Shown here in pieces: positions 35,211-50,689 of a stretch of 64,000 nucleotides of DNA (position 1 is the stretch's first letter; every line of letters starts with the position of its first letter). A model generated the notes under the pieces. It saw nothing but the letters and a program-made list of their open reading frames with translations. It did no database searches and had not been told where the DNA came from. Position numbers and translations under genes: made by a program. Source of the stretch: Gonapodya sp. JEL0774 (Eukaryota); assembly GCA_027604505.1 (NCBI GenBank), contig JADIIX010000027.1, forward strand, positions 62,001 to 126,000, given 5' to 3'.

Positions 35211-38200
35211 ATGCTAGACCCGTCGTCCCTGTCCCTCTCGGCAGACGACCTTTCAATCTACTCTCAACTTTTCCATATCGGTGACGTCGAGAAACGTGGT
35301 GTCATTTCAGCTGCGACTGCTGTGCCGCTCTTGACGAGGTCCAAATTGCCACAGACGACTTTGGCTGAGGTGAGTTGGAAGGCAGCGATGCCTTTTCAGA
35401 GGACAAAGTTATCTCTTAAGTTGAATTCGAGGACAAGATTTGATGTTGGAGTTGCAGTTGTATTTTTCTCGATGGCGGTATTGTGGTGGGGTATGGGGTT
35501 GCCTGTCGCAGCACGTGTCCCTCTCCCATCGTCAATTGGAACTTCTGCCCCAATTGTCGCTTCTTTTCGATTGTTGGAGCACCATGAAGGAACCTGTCAT
35601 ATTTTTTGCCCAACCGGCTGGTGCAGTTCCCCCGGGCCCCGTCGGGGCGAGCACCCCAGAATGTTCAGGATCATGATCGACCAGACTATCACTCGGTTGA
35701 TCGCTGGATTTCTCGTGGAACCTCAAGTGAAATCCGATGCGGGTATATCTGGTGTGTGGGAAACGAAGCATGCCCAAGATGAAGCCAACTTCGTCAGACA
35801 CTGGCCAATCGAGGAACTCAATTCTTGGCGTCCGTAGTGTCATTTCAGAGAAAGTAACTCAAACTGCCTTTTCCACATAGATATGGCAACTGGGTGATCC
35901 CGAGGGCAAGGGATACCTAACTCAACAGGGTTTCTATCGAGTCCTCAAACTAGTTGCTGTTGCGCAAATGGGACAACCTGTTATGCTAAATTTGCTCAGC
36001 ATGAGTGAGTTATATGGGGTGGTGGCTATGCATAGTACGGGGAAGCAGTTGGAACAGGAATGCTTGTGGCCAGCTTAACCAGGGAGCACATTCTGAGTTG
36101 AGAAGAAGCGAACGCGAAGAAGCTGAAAATTGATTATTTGGCTGAACGAACTCTGGTGATGTGGAAATGGACGCTTGGGTGGGGTCGAGTACCCTTGGAG
36201 AGCTGCATGAAATCTGGGGAGTCAAATCTGACCCTGTCTTTGACAACAATCAACTCCACATTGACATCATCTTCCCCCTATGACCACTCCCATCACCTCA
36301 TCTCGTCCCCCTCTTTCGTGCGGACGTTTCTGATTCTTACCTTAAAGAAACACCACCCCCTACATTTGAGGGCCTCGAACTTACCCCCTCTCCTGCCCCG
36401 TCGCCTGTCGCAACTCTAGCTCGGCGTGACACTGCGTCATCGCCTCCTCCTCCCGACCCCATCTTCTCATCACCAGCACCGACCTCCTACACTTCACCCT
36501 ATGCGGGAGCTTCGCCTGCAGCAGGTGCTATGGCGCCCCCACCACCGCCTCAAATATCTTCAGAGGACAAAGCAAGATGGCAGGCGGCGTTTGTGGGGTG
36601 TTCGCCCACCGCGGGTATGGTGGGGATAGAACAGGCCGGGGCAGTGTTCGTACAGAGCGGGTTGCCACCGGACACTCTCAGGACTGTGCGGTGAGTAGGG
36701 TGTGGGTGAACATCAAGGGACAGATGTAGCTCTTGTAGCAACAGAGTATCACGTTATAAACGCGACCGGTGAACCGATGTCTTCGTTATCGTAACGTTAC
36801 TCACAATGTTCGGGCCTGTCTCCAGGAACCTTGTGGACCCCACCGCCTCCAACCGCCTCTCTCTTCCTTCCTTCTCTGCCGCAATGTACATCCTCTCCCG
36901 CTTGCGATCCCATGAGCTAACATCCGTGCCAACATCACTTCCATCGGGTCTGCTTGCGCAGTTCGAACACTACACAACACCGTCGGCGGCTTCTCCCGCT
37001 TCCGCTCAACCCGCGACCCCTCCCGCATACACACAGCCCTCTCCACTGCCGTCGCAGCAGCAGAGTTTGGGCTCCGTGGTACTTGGTCAGTCCCGACCCC
37101 CTTTCCAAGCGTCCTCTGCACCTCCTGCCGCACCTGGCCTGTCGTCGATATCTTCGGGGACTTCTTTCGCGTCGCCAGGAGCTACGGTGGGTCTTGGTTT
37201 TGGGAAGATGGACTCATTTTCGACCGCGACATTGGGAGGGCAAGGTGGTCCTCCCGCAGCTCCAGCTGCAAGACCGGCTGCATCATCAGTTTTGGGAACT
37301 TTGGGCGGACTTGCTCAAAACGACGGTTGGATAGTACCGCAGGCGGATAGAGGAAGGTACGGCGAGATATTTGACCAGACGGATGGAGGTAGGAAGGGAT
37401 ATCTCACTGGTGAGCTTTCGTTAGTCCCGTGTCCCAGCACATATCTCTCGAATATCCGCTCCTCACTGGCTTCATCGTTAACTTCTTGCGTCAGGCGAAG
37501 AGGCGGTGAACTTCTTCGTAAAATCTAACCTGCCTCAGGAGCAGCTGGCCCAAATCTGGTGCGTACACAGTCATCGAACATATTTTGACGCCGTTTAGAG
37601 AAATATAGATGCCTTCTCGTGTTCTTTTCGCCTTTCACCTCATTTTACACTAGGGACCTCGCAGCGATCCGCAAGATTGGTCAGCTGTCTCGAGACGAGT
37701 TTTCGGTCGCAATGCACCTCATTCGCCAAGCACGCCAAGGGATTCCTCTCCCGACCGTCCTTCCAGCTGATCTTGTGCCACCTTCTTTGAAGCCTGCGGC
37801 TCCAGTTCCAGCTCCTGCCCCAGTGCCACCCCAGCAAACCCAGAGTGTGAAGGATTTGTTCGACTTTGGATCACCTGCTCTGACCCCCGTGCCCGCTGTG
37901 GCTAAGCCGCCGGCGATGGCATTGGTGGATGTGAAGGGAGCGGGATCGGGTGGGTTGCGTGCCTTTGCACTCGAAGGACAAATAAAGCATTCTTAGTTGT
38001 GCACACACAGGCTTCGGTAACCTGCAAGCAACCTCGGCGCTGTCCTTGTCCAACCTCTCTCCATTGTCAGCACCTTCTGCTGGCCCGCCTGCTTCTTCAA
38101 TGACCACAACGGCTTCACCGTCCCTACTCTCTTCCAGTCCCCCGTCTTCCTTTGCGGCCACGCAAAATGCGGGACTTGAAAGTATTCAAAAGGACTTAGG

Positions 38201-40633
38201 TCGGGCTCGCGTCGACATCCGCCTCGGCGAATCTCAGCTTGCCGACTCGCAGCGTCAGGTTGCCGAGTTGACGCATGCACGTTCTACACTCGAAATGGAG
38301 TTGAGACAGCTTGGCGAACAAAAACGTGAAGTTTCGATTCGCATCGCGACAGCGAGGAGCGAAGTCGAGGCCAGGCGGAGGGCAAATGTGGAGCTCGAAG
38401 CCGCGGTGAGGAGGGAGCAAGCTGAATTAGCGGCTGCCCAAGACGAGGTGTCCAGAAGCAACAAAGAGGCGGAGGAGATGAGAAATGCCGGGGAGGCCGT
38501 TGAGGCTCTGTTGGCAAAAACCAGGGCAGATGGTGAGAAGGTCAGGGCAGAGATTGCAGCGGCAGGAGATCGTGCTGCGGTGTTGAGAGTTCAATTGGAG
38601 AAGCTTCGAGCTGAAGAGAGGCAATTGAGGACATATTTGGAGCAGGCGAGACAAATGCAAGCCACTGCAGTCCAACATGCAGAGCAGCTGGCAAAAGAGA
38701 AAGTGGACATGGAAAAGTCCAACGAGGCGCTTAAAGCTAGTATTGCCGCCACAGCAGCAGCTGCTGTTCCCAAACCGAGTCCACCAGCCACAACGCTGGG
38801 AACGCCGGGGCCTATTGCTCGTCATCCGCCACCCCCGCCACCTTCGTCAGCTGCGAAGAACAATGACTTTTTGGGTCTCGACATCGCTTCTTCTGCAGCT
38901 GGGTTGGGGCTGGCAGCTCCCAAGAAAGACTCAGTTGGAGCGACGGCGTCTGACAAGGGGAAAGAGAAGGAGCCGCTACGGGACTTACCAGGAAAGCCCG
39001 TTCAGGCTAGTCCATCGACTTCCAGTGGTACACTACTATCCCCGCCCAGCTCCATGGGCGAGGCTTTGCGCGGCAACACTCCTAGTCCGCTTACAGAGTT
39101 CCAGGCGAAGTTCCCTGAAATGCCTATGACGGTGAGGATGATTTGGGGTTCTGCTATCCAAGTGTGCGAAGAGATGTGACGTGGCTTTTCAATCCACAGA
39201 GCGATGCCGAAGATCCATTTGCTGCAAACGAGTTCGATGCACCCAAACCAGTGCTAGCCGATAGCTTTGCGGTAGCGGCTAAGTCCCCGCCGCTCCCCGC
39301 AGCCTTTGAGGCCGATTTTTCAAGCGCGTTTGGTAGGGAGGCAGCAGCTCCTGCAGTGAGCGCTTCTCCTGGGGCTACGACAACCACTTCCTCACTCACC
39401 CAGTCCCGAGAGTCACCGGTCGCCCCAAACTCGTCCGCGGCTAAGGACTCTGAAAACGTACCAGTCGCCACAATTCCTTCATCTCCTGTGAAAGAACAAC
39501 TTCCATCGAACGTTGCATCGCCTGATTCCGCACCCAATGAATCGTTCCCGAGCATGGAAGATTTTGAGGCTGAGTTTGAGAAATCACCAACCCATCACCC
39601 CAGCTCTGCTCCACCGCCGATGTCCCCTGTTGCAGCGTCGTCACCAGGAACTGGGCCACCACCTGTCCCTCCATTGAGTTTGAAGCCGATTTCACCAGGC
39701 ACAAGGCCAGGCCACAGTCCACAGCCGTCGGGCTCATCAGAGTTCGACTCTGCGTTCGGTATGCCATCGAATACCACGGCAAGTGTCAATCGTGCTAAAA
39801 CGCCGGATCTGGAAACTGAATTCAAAGCTGCTTTCGGACCCGGCTCCGGGGCACCACCTTCGGAGCTCGCATCTGTCCCCAAGCTCAATGCTGGAAAGGA
39901 TTTGGCTGCGTTCGACTTCGAGGCTGAGTTTTCGGATGACGCTTTCAAGTTCACGCCCGACTTCGGCGGTGCCGTAAAGCCAGGCCCACCGCCAGCACGT
40001 CCGGCTCCGCCGAAACCACCGGCCATGACCGCAGCCCAATCTGCTGCTTTTGAAGCCGATTTCGGCTCTGCTTTCAGCGAGCCGTTTCCGTCAATTGCTT
40101 CGCCTGGGATCGGACAAGCACCTGGTTCTGATCCCTTCGCTGCGGCTTTCGGGCCGTCCCAGCCAGTTTCCTCCAACTCTGGTGGAGCACGAGCCTCCTG
40201 GGATCTCGATACTGTGTTCGGCCCGGGACCTGCATTTGGTGGGATGACCACTGGTGTAAATGGCAAGGATCCTTTTGGGGCGTCACCGACTTTCGGTCCA
40301 ACAAACTCCACACCTCCTCCTGCCTACAGCGGTGCCGCTGATAATGCCTTTATAGCAGACTTCAGCTCGGCGTTCGGTCCTGCTGCTCCTGGAATTGCGG
40401 GAGCAACGGCCTTCCCCACAGAGTTCGCCCAAGCGCCAACATTCTCTCTGCCCTCCACGTTTTCGCCGGGTCCCTCTCGGCAACAAGATAATCAGAGCCC
40501 AGACGGCAAGGATATTCCGGCAGAAGTGAAACAAGTGATGGAGCTAACTGGCGTTGGCGCAGAGAGGGCGATGGAAGCACTAGTGAAGTACGATATGAAT
40601 GTGGAGAGGTCTGTGAACCACATTCTTGGATAG
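35211..40633 (+). CDS. EH-domain endocytic scaffold (Ede1/Eps15-like) with C-terminal UBA
   Basis: Three EH domains (RSKLPQTTLAE|IWQLGD; QSGLPPDTLRTV; KSNLPQEQLAQIW|DLA..LSRDEFSVAMHLI), coiled coil, DPF/xDF-rich tail, UBA (VMELTGVGAERAMEALVKYDMNVERSVNHIL). Confidence 0.9.
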
Positions 40634-40752
40634 ACTCTGAGATTACAATTTGCGAAATAAAATGCATCGGAATTTCAGTTTTGGTGTTTGTTGCTTCGGC
40701 ATACATGCAGCGTCTTCGCATTCTGTTCAACACACACTCTGAACTCTTTCGG

Positions 40753-42780
40753 ATGTCGTTCCATTGTCCCCTTTGTGATGCTTCATTCGAAGATATTCTG
40801 ACATTAGACACACATGCAGATTCCCATTTTGATGTTATCGATAGCGCCCACACGGCAGCAAAGGATTCTCCTCCGCTGAAACCGGAGCTATCGGACAGTT
40901 CTGCCCACGTTTCCACGGAGGTCAGCACGGGCTTGGAAAATTCAGACTTCCTCTCAGTGGGTGGAGTCACCTTCGCTCGGTGCTCAGAACTGCATTGTCA
41001 GGAGCTTCTACCAGTTGGAGATTGGAACAACCACTTGTCTATGCATACTGCGGAGGTGAGAAGATTGCGGTCATTATATTTCACGTGCTATCTCTCTCTT
41101 ACTTTCCCCTTTTCTGCGTATTGCGTGTATATCGATCTCAGAAACTCCACGCAGAAGAGGTTGCCGGCCGCGGCGCCATGGAGGCTGCCTCCTTTCGGTC
41201 TCTCAAGCGCCGCTTTGAGGGTGTTGCAGCAGATGACGAATTTCGATCCGCTCCTTCGCCTGCTCCATTCCTCGCAACTGCTTCCACAACAGGAGGAGCA
41301 TCAGTTCCCCTTCCTTCCTCCGGGTATGTCCATCAATTTCGCACCGCGCTTCAACGTGACCTTCAATCTGGCCGTATCACGTCTTCCGAATACGACCGAG
41401 AGATTGAGCGGCTCGAACATAATGCCCGGTCTGCAGAAAACACTCTCCGTCTTGCGCTGAATGAATCAGCAGAGGCTTCAGACAACCCAGACGATGACGC
41501 GCTCTCTGATGAAGAATCTTCCTCACCGGCTCAGCCTTCTTATGACCCTTCATTTCCGGAAAAGACTCTCGGCCTCGTCCCCCATATCTCCATGCTATTA
41601 TCCACGGTCGGCATGACTAAAAGACGTGTGTCTGCTCGACTATGCAATCCAGGGGTTGTTCATCATAGCTGGGACCCTGGTGGTGAGTGAACATATATCG
41701 TCTGTTGCACATTAGAAGAATGGACGGGTCCTGTTGGCAACAACATTCGAGGACCACTGACTTCTTTGTCATATGCACTCGGCAGACCGCCATTGGGGTT
41801 GTGGCTACCGTAACATCCAAAATAGCTTATCTTCTCTTCTATGCATCCCTGAGTATTCTTCTCACCTTCGCATGGAGCTTAAGAAGAGGAATGGTACCGA
41901 GGATGTCCCATCCGTTCCGACAATACAAGGTTTGATTGAGAGAGCGTGGAGAGAAGGTACGCAAGTACATGCGGTGAGGGAAGCAGCCGTCCCACTTACA
42001 CAGCTCAAGCACTTGGAATTGGTTCCAGGCTGGGACCCGTCAGGGTCTCTCCAGCTGTCCAATCGCCTCTCTGGGACTCGCAAGTGGATTGGAGCTACCG
42101 AATGTGCAGCATTGCTCGGCTCACTAGGTGTAAGGTGGGATTTCCTTGAAATGGAGCAAGATATTGACATGGTTGAAACCTTCCACTCCGCACCATGAAG
42201 ATTCGAGGTCATCGACTTCCACCTTGCAACAGGCCCAAATCGATCCCATCCCCTCCTCTTCGATTTCGTTGAGGACTTCTTTTTCGGGAGTGTGCAAGCT
42301 GAACATAAGCCGATTGCCCCACTCACTTCGAGTTCACATCGCCCTGTTCAGACGCCAGCAAAATCAGCTTACGCAGCTTTAATGACAGCGTCAGCGGCCG
42401 GTAAAGAGGGTGTTCGAGCTCTGACTAACAGGCCTGCTCTTTACTTCCAGCACCAAGGTTGGTCCTGTTTCAGGTTGGGGTTGGTTGCAGTTGTCACACG
42501 TGATGTATCACCGCTCTCTGAACCAGGTCACTCTCGCACAATTGCCGGCATTACACTCACTCCCAACTCTGCAGGATCTGCGACTCGACATCTCGTCGTC
42601 TTGGATCCTAGCCGTCGATATAACCCCGCCTCCCTACCTCGCTCTGCGCAAGGTTTTCGTGTTCCCATGGAGAGGGCACGACATGCACAATACCAAATCG
42701 TGATACCACGTGGGGTCGGCTGGCCCAATGAAAGTTGTAAGAGGAAGGAGATGGTGATTGAGAGCAGAAGGATACCATAG
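40753..42780 (+). CDS. ZUP1/ZUFSP/Mug105-like deubiquitinase (peptidase C78) with zinc fingers
   Basis: CPLC..HADSHF and CSELHC..HLSMH zinc fingers; DRHWGCGYRNIQ, IERAWREG|WDPSG, GTRKWIGATE, LYFQHQG|HSRTIAG, LDPS, QYQIV. Confidence 0.88.
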
Positions 42781-43056
42781 TCGGAGCGTGCGGCATGGAT
42801 GGGGCGCGTGAGAGGGTGGAGTGGAGCATGCAGATGGACTTTCGATGTGTATATACGAGACGGTATCTCATTTCGAGACGGATATCTCAATCCGTCTCAT
42901 TTTAAGTCACTAAAACAAAATGAAAACGCACCCAAGACCACAGAAATAATAGCAACCTTCAAAAGAAACCAATTAACTATTCGTTGTGCCCCACGACTAC
43001 CCACAAGCGTTACAGTGAGGTTTCCAACGACCGCCACTCGAGCATTAGTTATATCA

Positions 43057-45882
<2,826 letters not shown>

Positions 45883-47390
45883 CTGTCGAGAGTGTAATAT
45901 TGGTTAATCACGGTCGAGTATTGAGCAATTTCTCAACCGCGGGTAGATTATGGGATGGGGGGTGCTTCATATGTATCAAGAAGGAATCCACCTCCACTGA
46001 TAATCAATAGATGGGGCAAGTGGGTCGAATCTTTGCTTAAAGAGGTGTTGATTCCACAGCTCCTTTTTCTCGTTTTTGCAACGATGACGTCGAGAGAGAT
46101 GTGATGCCAAATCAACTCAAACAAACCCACAAAGCTGTGAATCCGATCAAGGAAGCAGTAAAAGCCCCGATGAGGGCAAGTCTGAGTCCAGTGCGCGATA
46201 GATCGGTGGAAGGGTGGGTGCTGCTAACTTTATCGACCCCTCGTTCGGTTTGATGTGTACCGTGTTTGGGTTGACTCGGGATTCACCACCATGATAGCAC
46301 AATAATGCCAAATCCCCTTTTCTTGATTATCTTTGAAATAACAAAAGCACCATCCAGAAATTTCCTGTGTAAAGCGGATCTCCGTTGTCGATCACGATTT
46401 GGAAAGACAATACCTGTTCTCATTGTATAACCACGAGACTACAACCATAGCGGGAGTTATCGGACAAAACTTACTTCATATTGGGGTTATGGGAGTAGTT
46501 GTCGGCTCCGATTTCAAAAGAACCTTCAAGCGAGTGAGCGTGGACAGAGTGCCGCACAGCCACCAGAATCAATACCGGGACACATATAAAAAGCCCGCCT
46601 TAACACTCTGTTCTCACGAAAACGAACCTTCGCGCACAAACACCAGTACAATGGATCTAATTGCTCGTGACTTACTCGGTGACCGACTCTTCCACCCGCT
46701 TCCCCATCGAAGGGAACCACTATTCCATTTGAGCTGAAGGAAACTCCACCGATTATTTGATTACAGCGTGAATATACGTAAATGATATTTTCTTCTGTTA
46801 CATAATAGATCTGCTCACTTACAAAGTACACCACTGCACATTCGTGTGTGTGAAACAGAGACTTGCAACGTGTCCCCCGGGAATCCATTCAAGTTGAGGC
46901 TCTCGAGGATGTGCTCACGATTCGAGCAGAATGCAAGGTGGATGCAAAGGAGGAAAAAGAAAGAAGGCACCACATCATGGAGAGGAGTTACGGTAATTGG
47001 TGATCGGCCCACAGTTTCAGGCACTCTCAACCCTTTTCTGACTCTTGCACATTGTTTCCTCTCAGGCAAAATCGAAAGAAGTTTACGTCTCCTTGCTGAC
47101 AAAGGTAGTGAACTCAGCAGATTTTGATGATACGATAGCTGGGAGCTTGTGCCTGTTGCTTTCTTTGAGAGTCCGCAGACAAGGGAAAACGCAAAGGGGC
47201 TGATCATGGATATAGTTTGCTTTATTATTTTGCGTATACATATAATTCTGAGTTTGCTGCCAGAGTCGCTGCCCAGATTCGGTGCCAGAGTCGGTGCCCA
47301 ACCTCCCCGACAGCGACGGAAGCTAATTGTAATACCGACAATCCATCCCATCCACTACTGAGGAATCCCATTCAACTATCGCTCGCTACA

Positions 47391-49767
47391 ATGGCCGCAC
47401 CCCCATCAGAAACTCTTGCAACCCCTCTCACTAAGTTGCTGGGCATTAGGGTATGTTGTCCGCTCAGCGGAACGATCGACTTCACTTCGACTGTTCTTCT
47501 GATCCCCATCTTTCTCCGCTTTTCGCTCGTTTACCGTCCATCCATCGTGCCTGTGCCCTGATGTACCTTAGTATCCCATTTTACTCGCTGGTGGGGCTGA
47601 TTTGGATGACGTTCCTGTTTCCTTGTTCCGACCTCCTGTTCGTCTCTTTTCTCTATCCACTGCTCATTTCAATATCTAATCGGATGACGAAACTTTCATT
47701 GCATCTTAAATTGCGCCAGGAATGGTATGTCTATTCCCTTTGTTGGTGTTCACGACGAGCATCTGACTGTACCGTCCATTGCAACTTCTCAATCCTTAAT
47801 CAGGGCGCTGTCAGCGGCCCCGAGCTTGCTGCTGTAAGCTTCCTTTCCTTTGTTTCTCTTTAAAGTTCTCCTCATCAGCTCCTCGTCACACCTTCTAATC
47901 AACTCCCATCTACTCACAGGCAGTTACCAAGGCCGGGGGACTGGGAGTCATGGGTGGCATTCGATGGAGCCCCGAAGCTCTTCTATCTGCTATTAAGAAG
48001 CTGAAGGAGGAGCTCAATGACGAGAACGCCGCGTTCGGTGTCGATTTGCTACTTCCACAACTTGGGGGAAACGCTCGAAAGACGAATTACGACTACACCA
48101 AGGGTCAACTCCCCGCCTTGGTTGATATTATGATTCAGGAGAAGTGCAGGGTTAGTAAATTCGGGTGTTGAATGTGTGTGTCGTCCTGATTTCAATAGCA
48201 CAATCTCATGTTCTTGTTGCCTAGTTGTTCGTCTGTGCTGTCGGCGTCCCACCAAAGTGTGAGCGTGGTCTGTTGATAGTCCCTTTTCACAGCAATGACG
48301 TAATTCCGCATCTTCAGGGGTCGTCGACAAACTTCACGCTGCCAAGATCCCCGTTAGTGAGTTCTCCTTGCTCACCGCTGATATTGTCTCATTTGCTGAC
48401 AGGGTATCACAATTTGTTTAGTGAACAGTGCGTGATTCCTCTGATGTGCCCGACGATTGAATCGTTCTTTTGATGTCGCTGTTTTGAAACAAATTTAGTG
48501 ATCGGGGCGCCCAAGCATGCAATCAAAGCGCTTGCCGTTGGAGTCGGTGAGTGCTTTTTTCTTCTCTGTTCTTTTTTGGTTTTGACATCTACAGCCGATT
48601 TTTCAGATGCTATCTGCGCTCAAGGGTGGGTCTTCATCGTGGTGCCACCTGAATGCACTCCTCCAACTCACACCTTTACAGCGGGGAAGCCGGAGGTCAC
48701 ACTGGAGAAATTCCCACTTCCATTCTTGTTCCTGCTGTTGTAGATGTGTGTCGGGGAAAGAAGAGCCCCCTGACGGGTCAACAGGTCTCCGTGTGAGTAT
48801 GCGACTTATGAAAGGAATTTTGTTGCGATTCCTTTGTTAGAACAGTTTCTTCTTTTGACTTCAAACCGAACCAAATGCGCCCCAGCGTCGCTGCCGGTGG
48901 AATTTTCGACGGACGTGGTCTCGCCATGTCCCTTTGCATGGGTGCTGAGGCGGTTTGGGTTGGGTATGTTTGACATGGCGTTTGCTTGTCATCATATTCG
49001 TTTCGCTCATTGTAGCTGGTTCGGATTTACGATGAAAGCACCCGATTTGTGGCGGCAGCCGAAGCTAACTCATCCCCTCGTCACAAGCGGGCGATTGTCC
49101 AAGGTGGATACACGGACACAGTCAGGTGAATTATTTACGATGAGTGTATTCTCCGTTACGAGCAACCAGTTAATCACGTCCGGTGCTTATTTTAGGACGC
49201 TCATTTTCTCCGGTCGGCCAATGAGAGTTATCAAGACGCCATACATCGAGAAGTACGTGCAAACGTCAGACTGTTGACTAAACAGTGTCTTTGATAACCG
49301 ATATCCCTCATGAAACTTCACACAATAGTTGGGAAGCTAATCGACAAGCCGATATTGCCGCGCTCACTAAAGAAGGTCTTATTCCCTACGAATGGGAAAT
49401 GGACGAGAAGCAAAAGAAGGGGGAAGAAGTGTCCGCCGAGGTCGTCATCCAAAGCACACGGATGTTGGCCGGGCAGGTTTTGGGCGCCATCGATGCCGTC
49501 AAACCTGCGGCAGAGATTGTAAACGAGGTGAGTCCTCAGCTAAATTGCTCATCTGTAGACCTGTCTCTCTGATTTGTTCTCCCGCCTTGATCGTGCTGCA
49601 ACTCACGACTGCGAATTTCAGATGGTGATGTGAGTATAGTGGACAGATTCGCTGCTTTCAATTGTCCCAACGCACATTTTTCTGATTTGTCGTCTTTGTT
49701 TGTCAGTGACTGTTTGAGAGTGATCAGGGAAAATGGATCAAAGATCGCCCCTGTTCCGAAGCTTTGA
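47391..49767 (+). CDS. Nitronate monooxygenase / 2-nitropropane dioxygenase family, copy 1 (many introns)
   Basis: YPILLA|G|M, AGGLGVMGG, FGVDLLLPQLGGNARKTNYDYT, CAQG..EAGGHTGEI, VAAGGIFDGRG, FSGRPMRV, LAGQVLGAI; ends PKL-stop. Confidence 0.92.
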
Positions 49768-50689
49768 AGTGTGCTGTTTCGTGTCCCATGAGAATTACTC
49801 ACAACTGAATACATATACGTCACTTTACTGTAATGAAGTTGTTGTCACAAAAACGAACTCTGCCACACTGACAACCGTGGAATATGCTTTCGTAGGCGCT
49901 CTGGTTGGCCCTGTAAAGATATGCCTGTACAAAATTATCAACCCAAACTAAAGTGAGTAACTTGGGATCCCGCCACATAGTACGTTCGAAAAGGGTTACT
50001 CCTTTGGGCCAGATTGTACTGGATATGCGTTCTGTCGACGTTAGCTTTGAATGCGAAGGCAAGAACAATAACCATGAGCCATGTGGCTACCAGATCACGA
50101 AAAAGCTTCCATTGTGGCTGCTTTTGCTCTCTTTGCCTTGGTGGGAGGGTGGGAACTTGGTTGAAACTTTGGTTTTGTTGTTGCTCAAACGTCTCACCAT
50201 CGAGGAGCACGCCAACCATATACCCGATATGTACAGCCACGCAACTTGTGAAACTCGCCAAACTTCACCGGAGGATGCTAACTTTAGGGATAAAAATCAA
50301 GTTCTTCGTCTGATTCTGAGCAACTTCTCCACCGAACATCACACCTGACTTCGTGAATATTGCGTAGACAGATACATTTCTGATATTGCGATCAGAACAT
50401 CCCAGCTGCTACAAGTCCAGATATTGGCAGTCCTGACCGCAAAAAAATCAGAGACGACAATTTGTTAGTAGACTTAATGTTCCACAGATGAACTTTACAG
50501 TGTGTTTTGGGCTCATGGGGATGCCACTGACCCCAACGGGGGGTGGGGGAAAAGGAAAAACAAGAACGTTTCCGAAGGGATCGGTGTTGCGGAAAGGAAT
50601 CTGCCGAGTGCATAAAGAGAGAGACTCCCCCACACTTTTGCACCATCACCTCATTTTCCCCCATCACATTCAAACCCATTTCTATCCAA

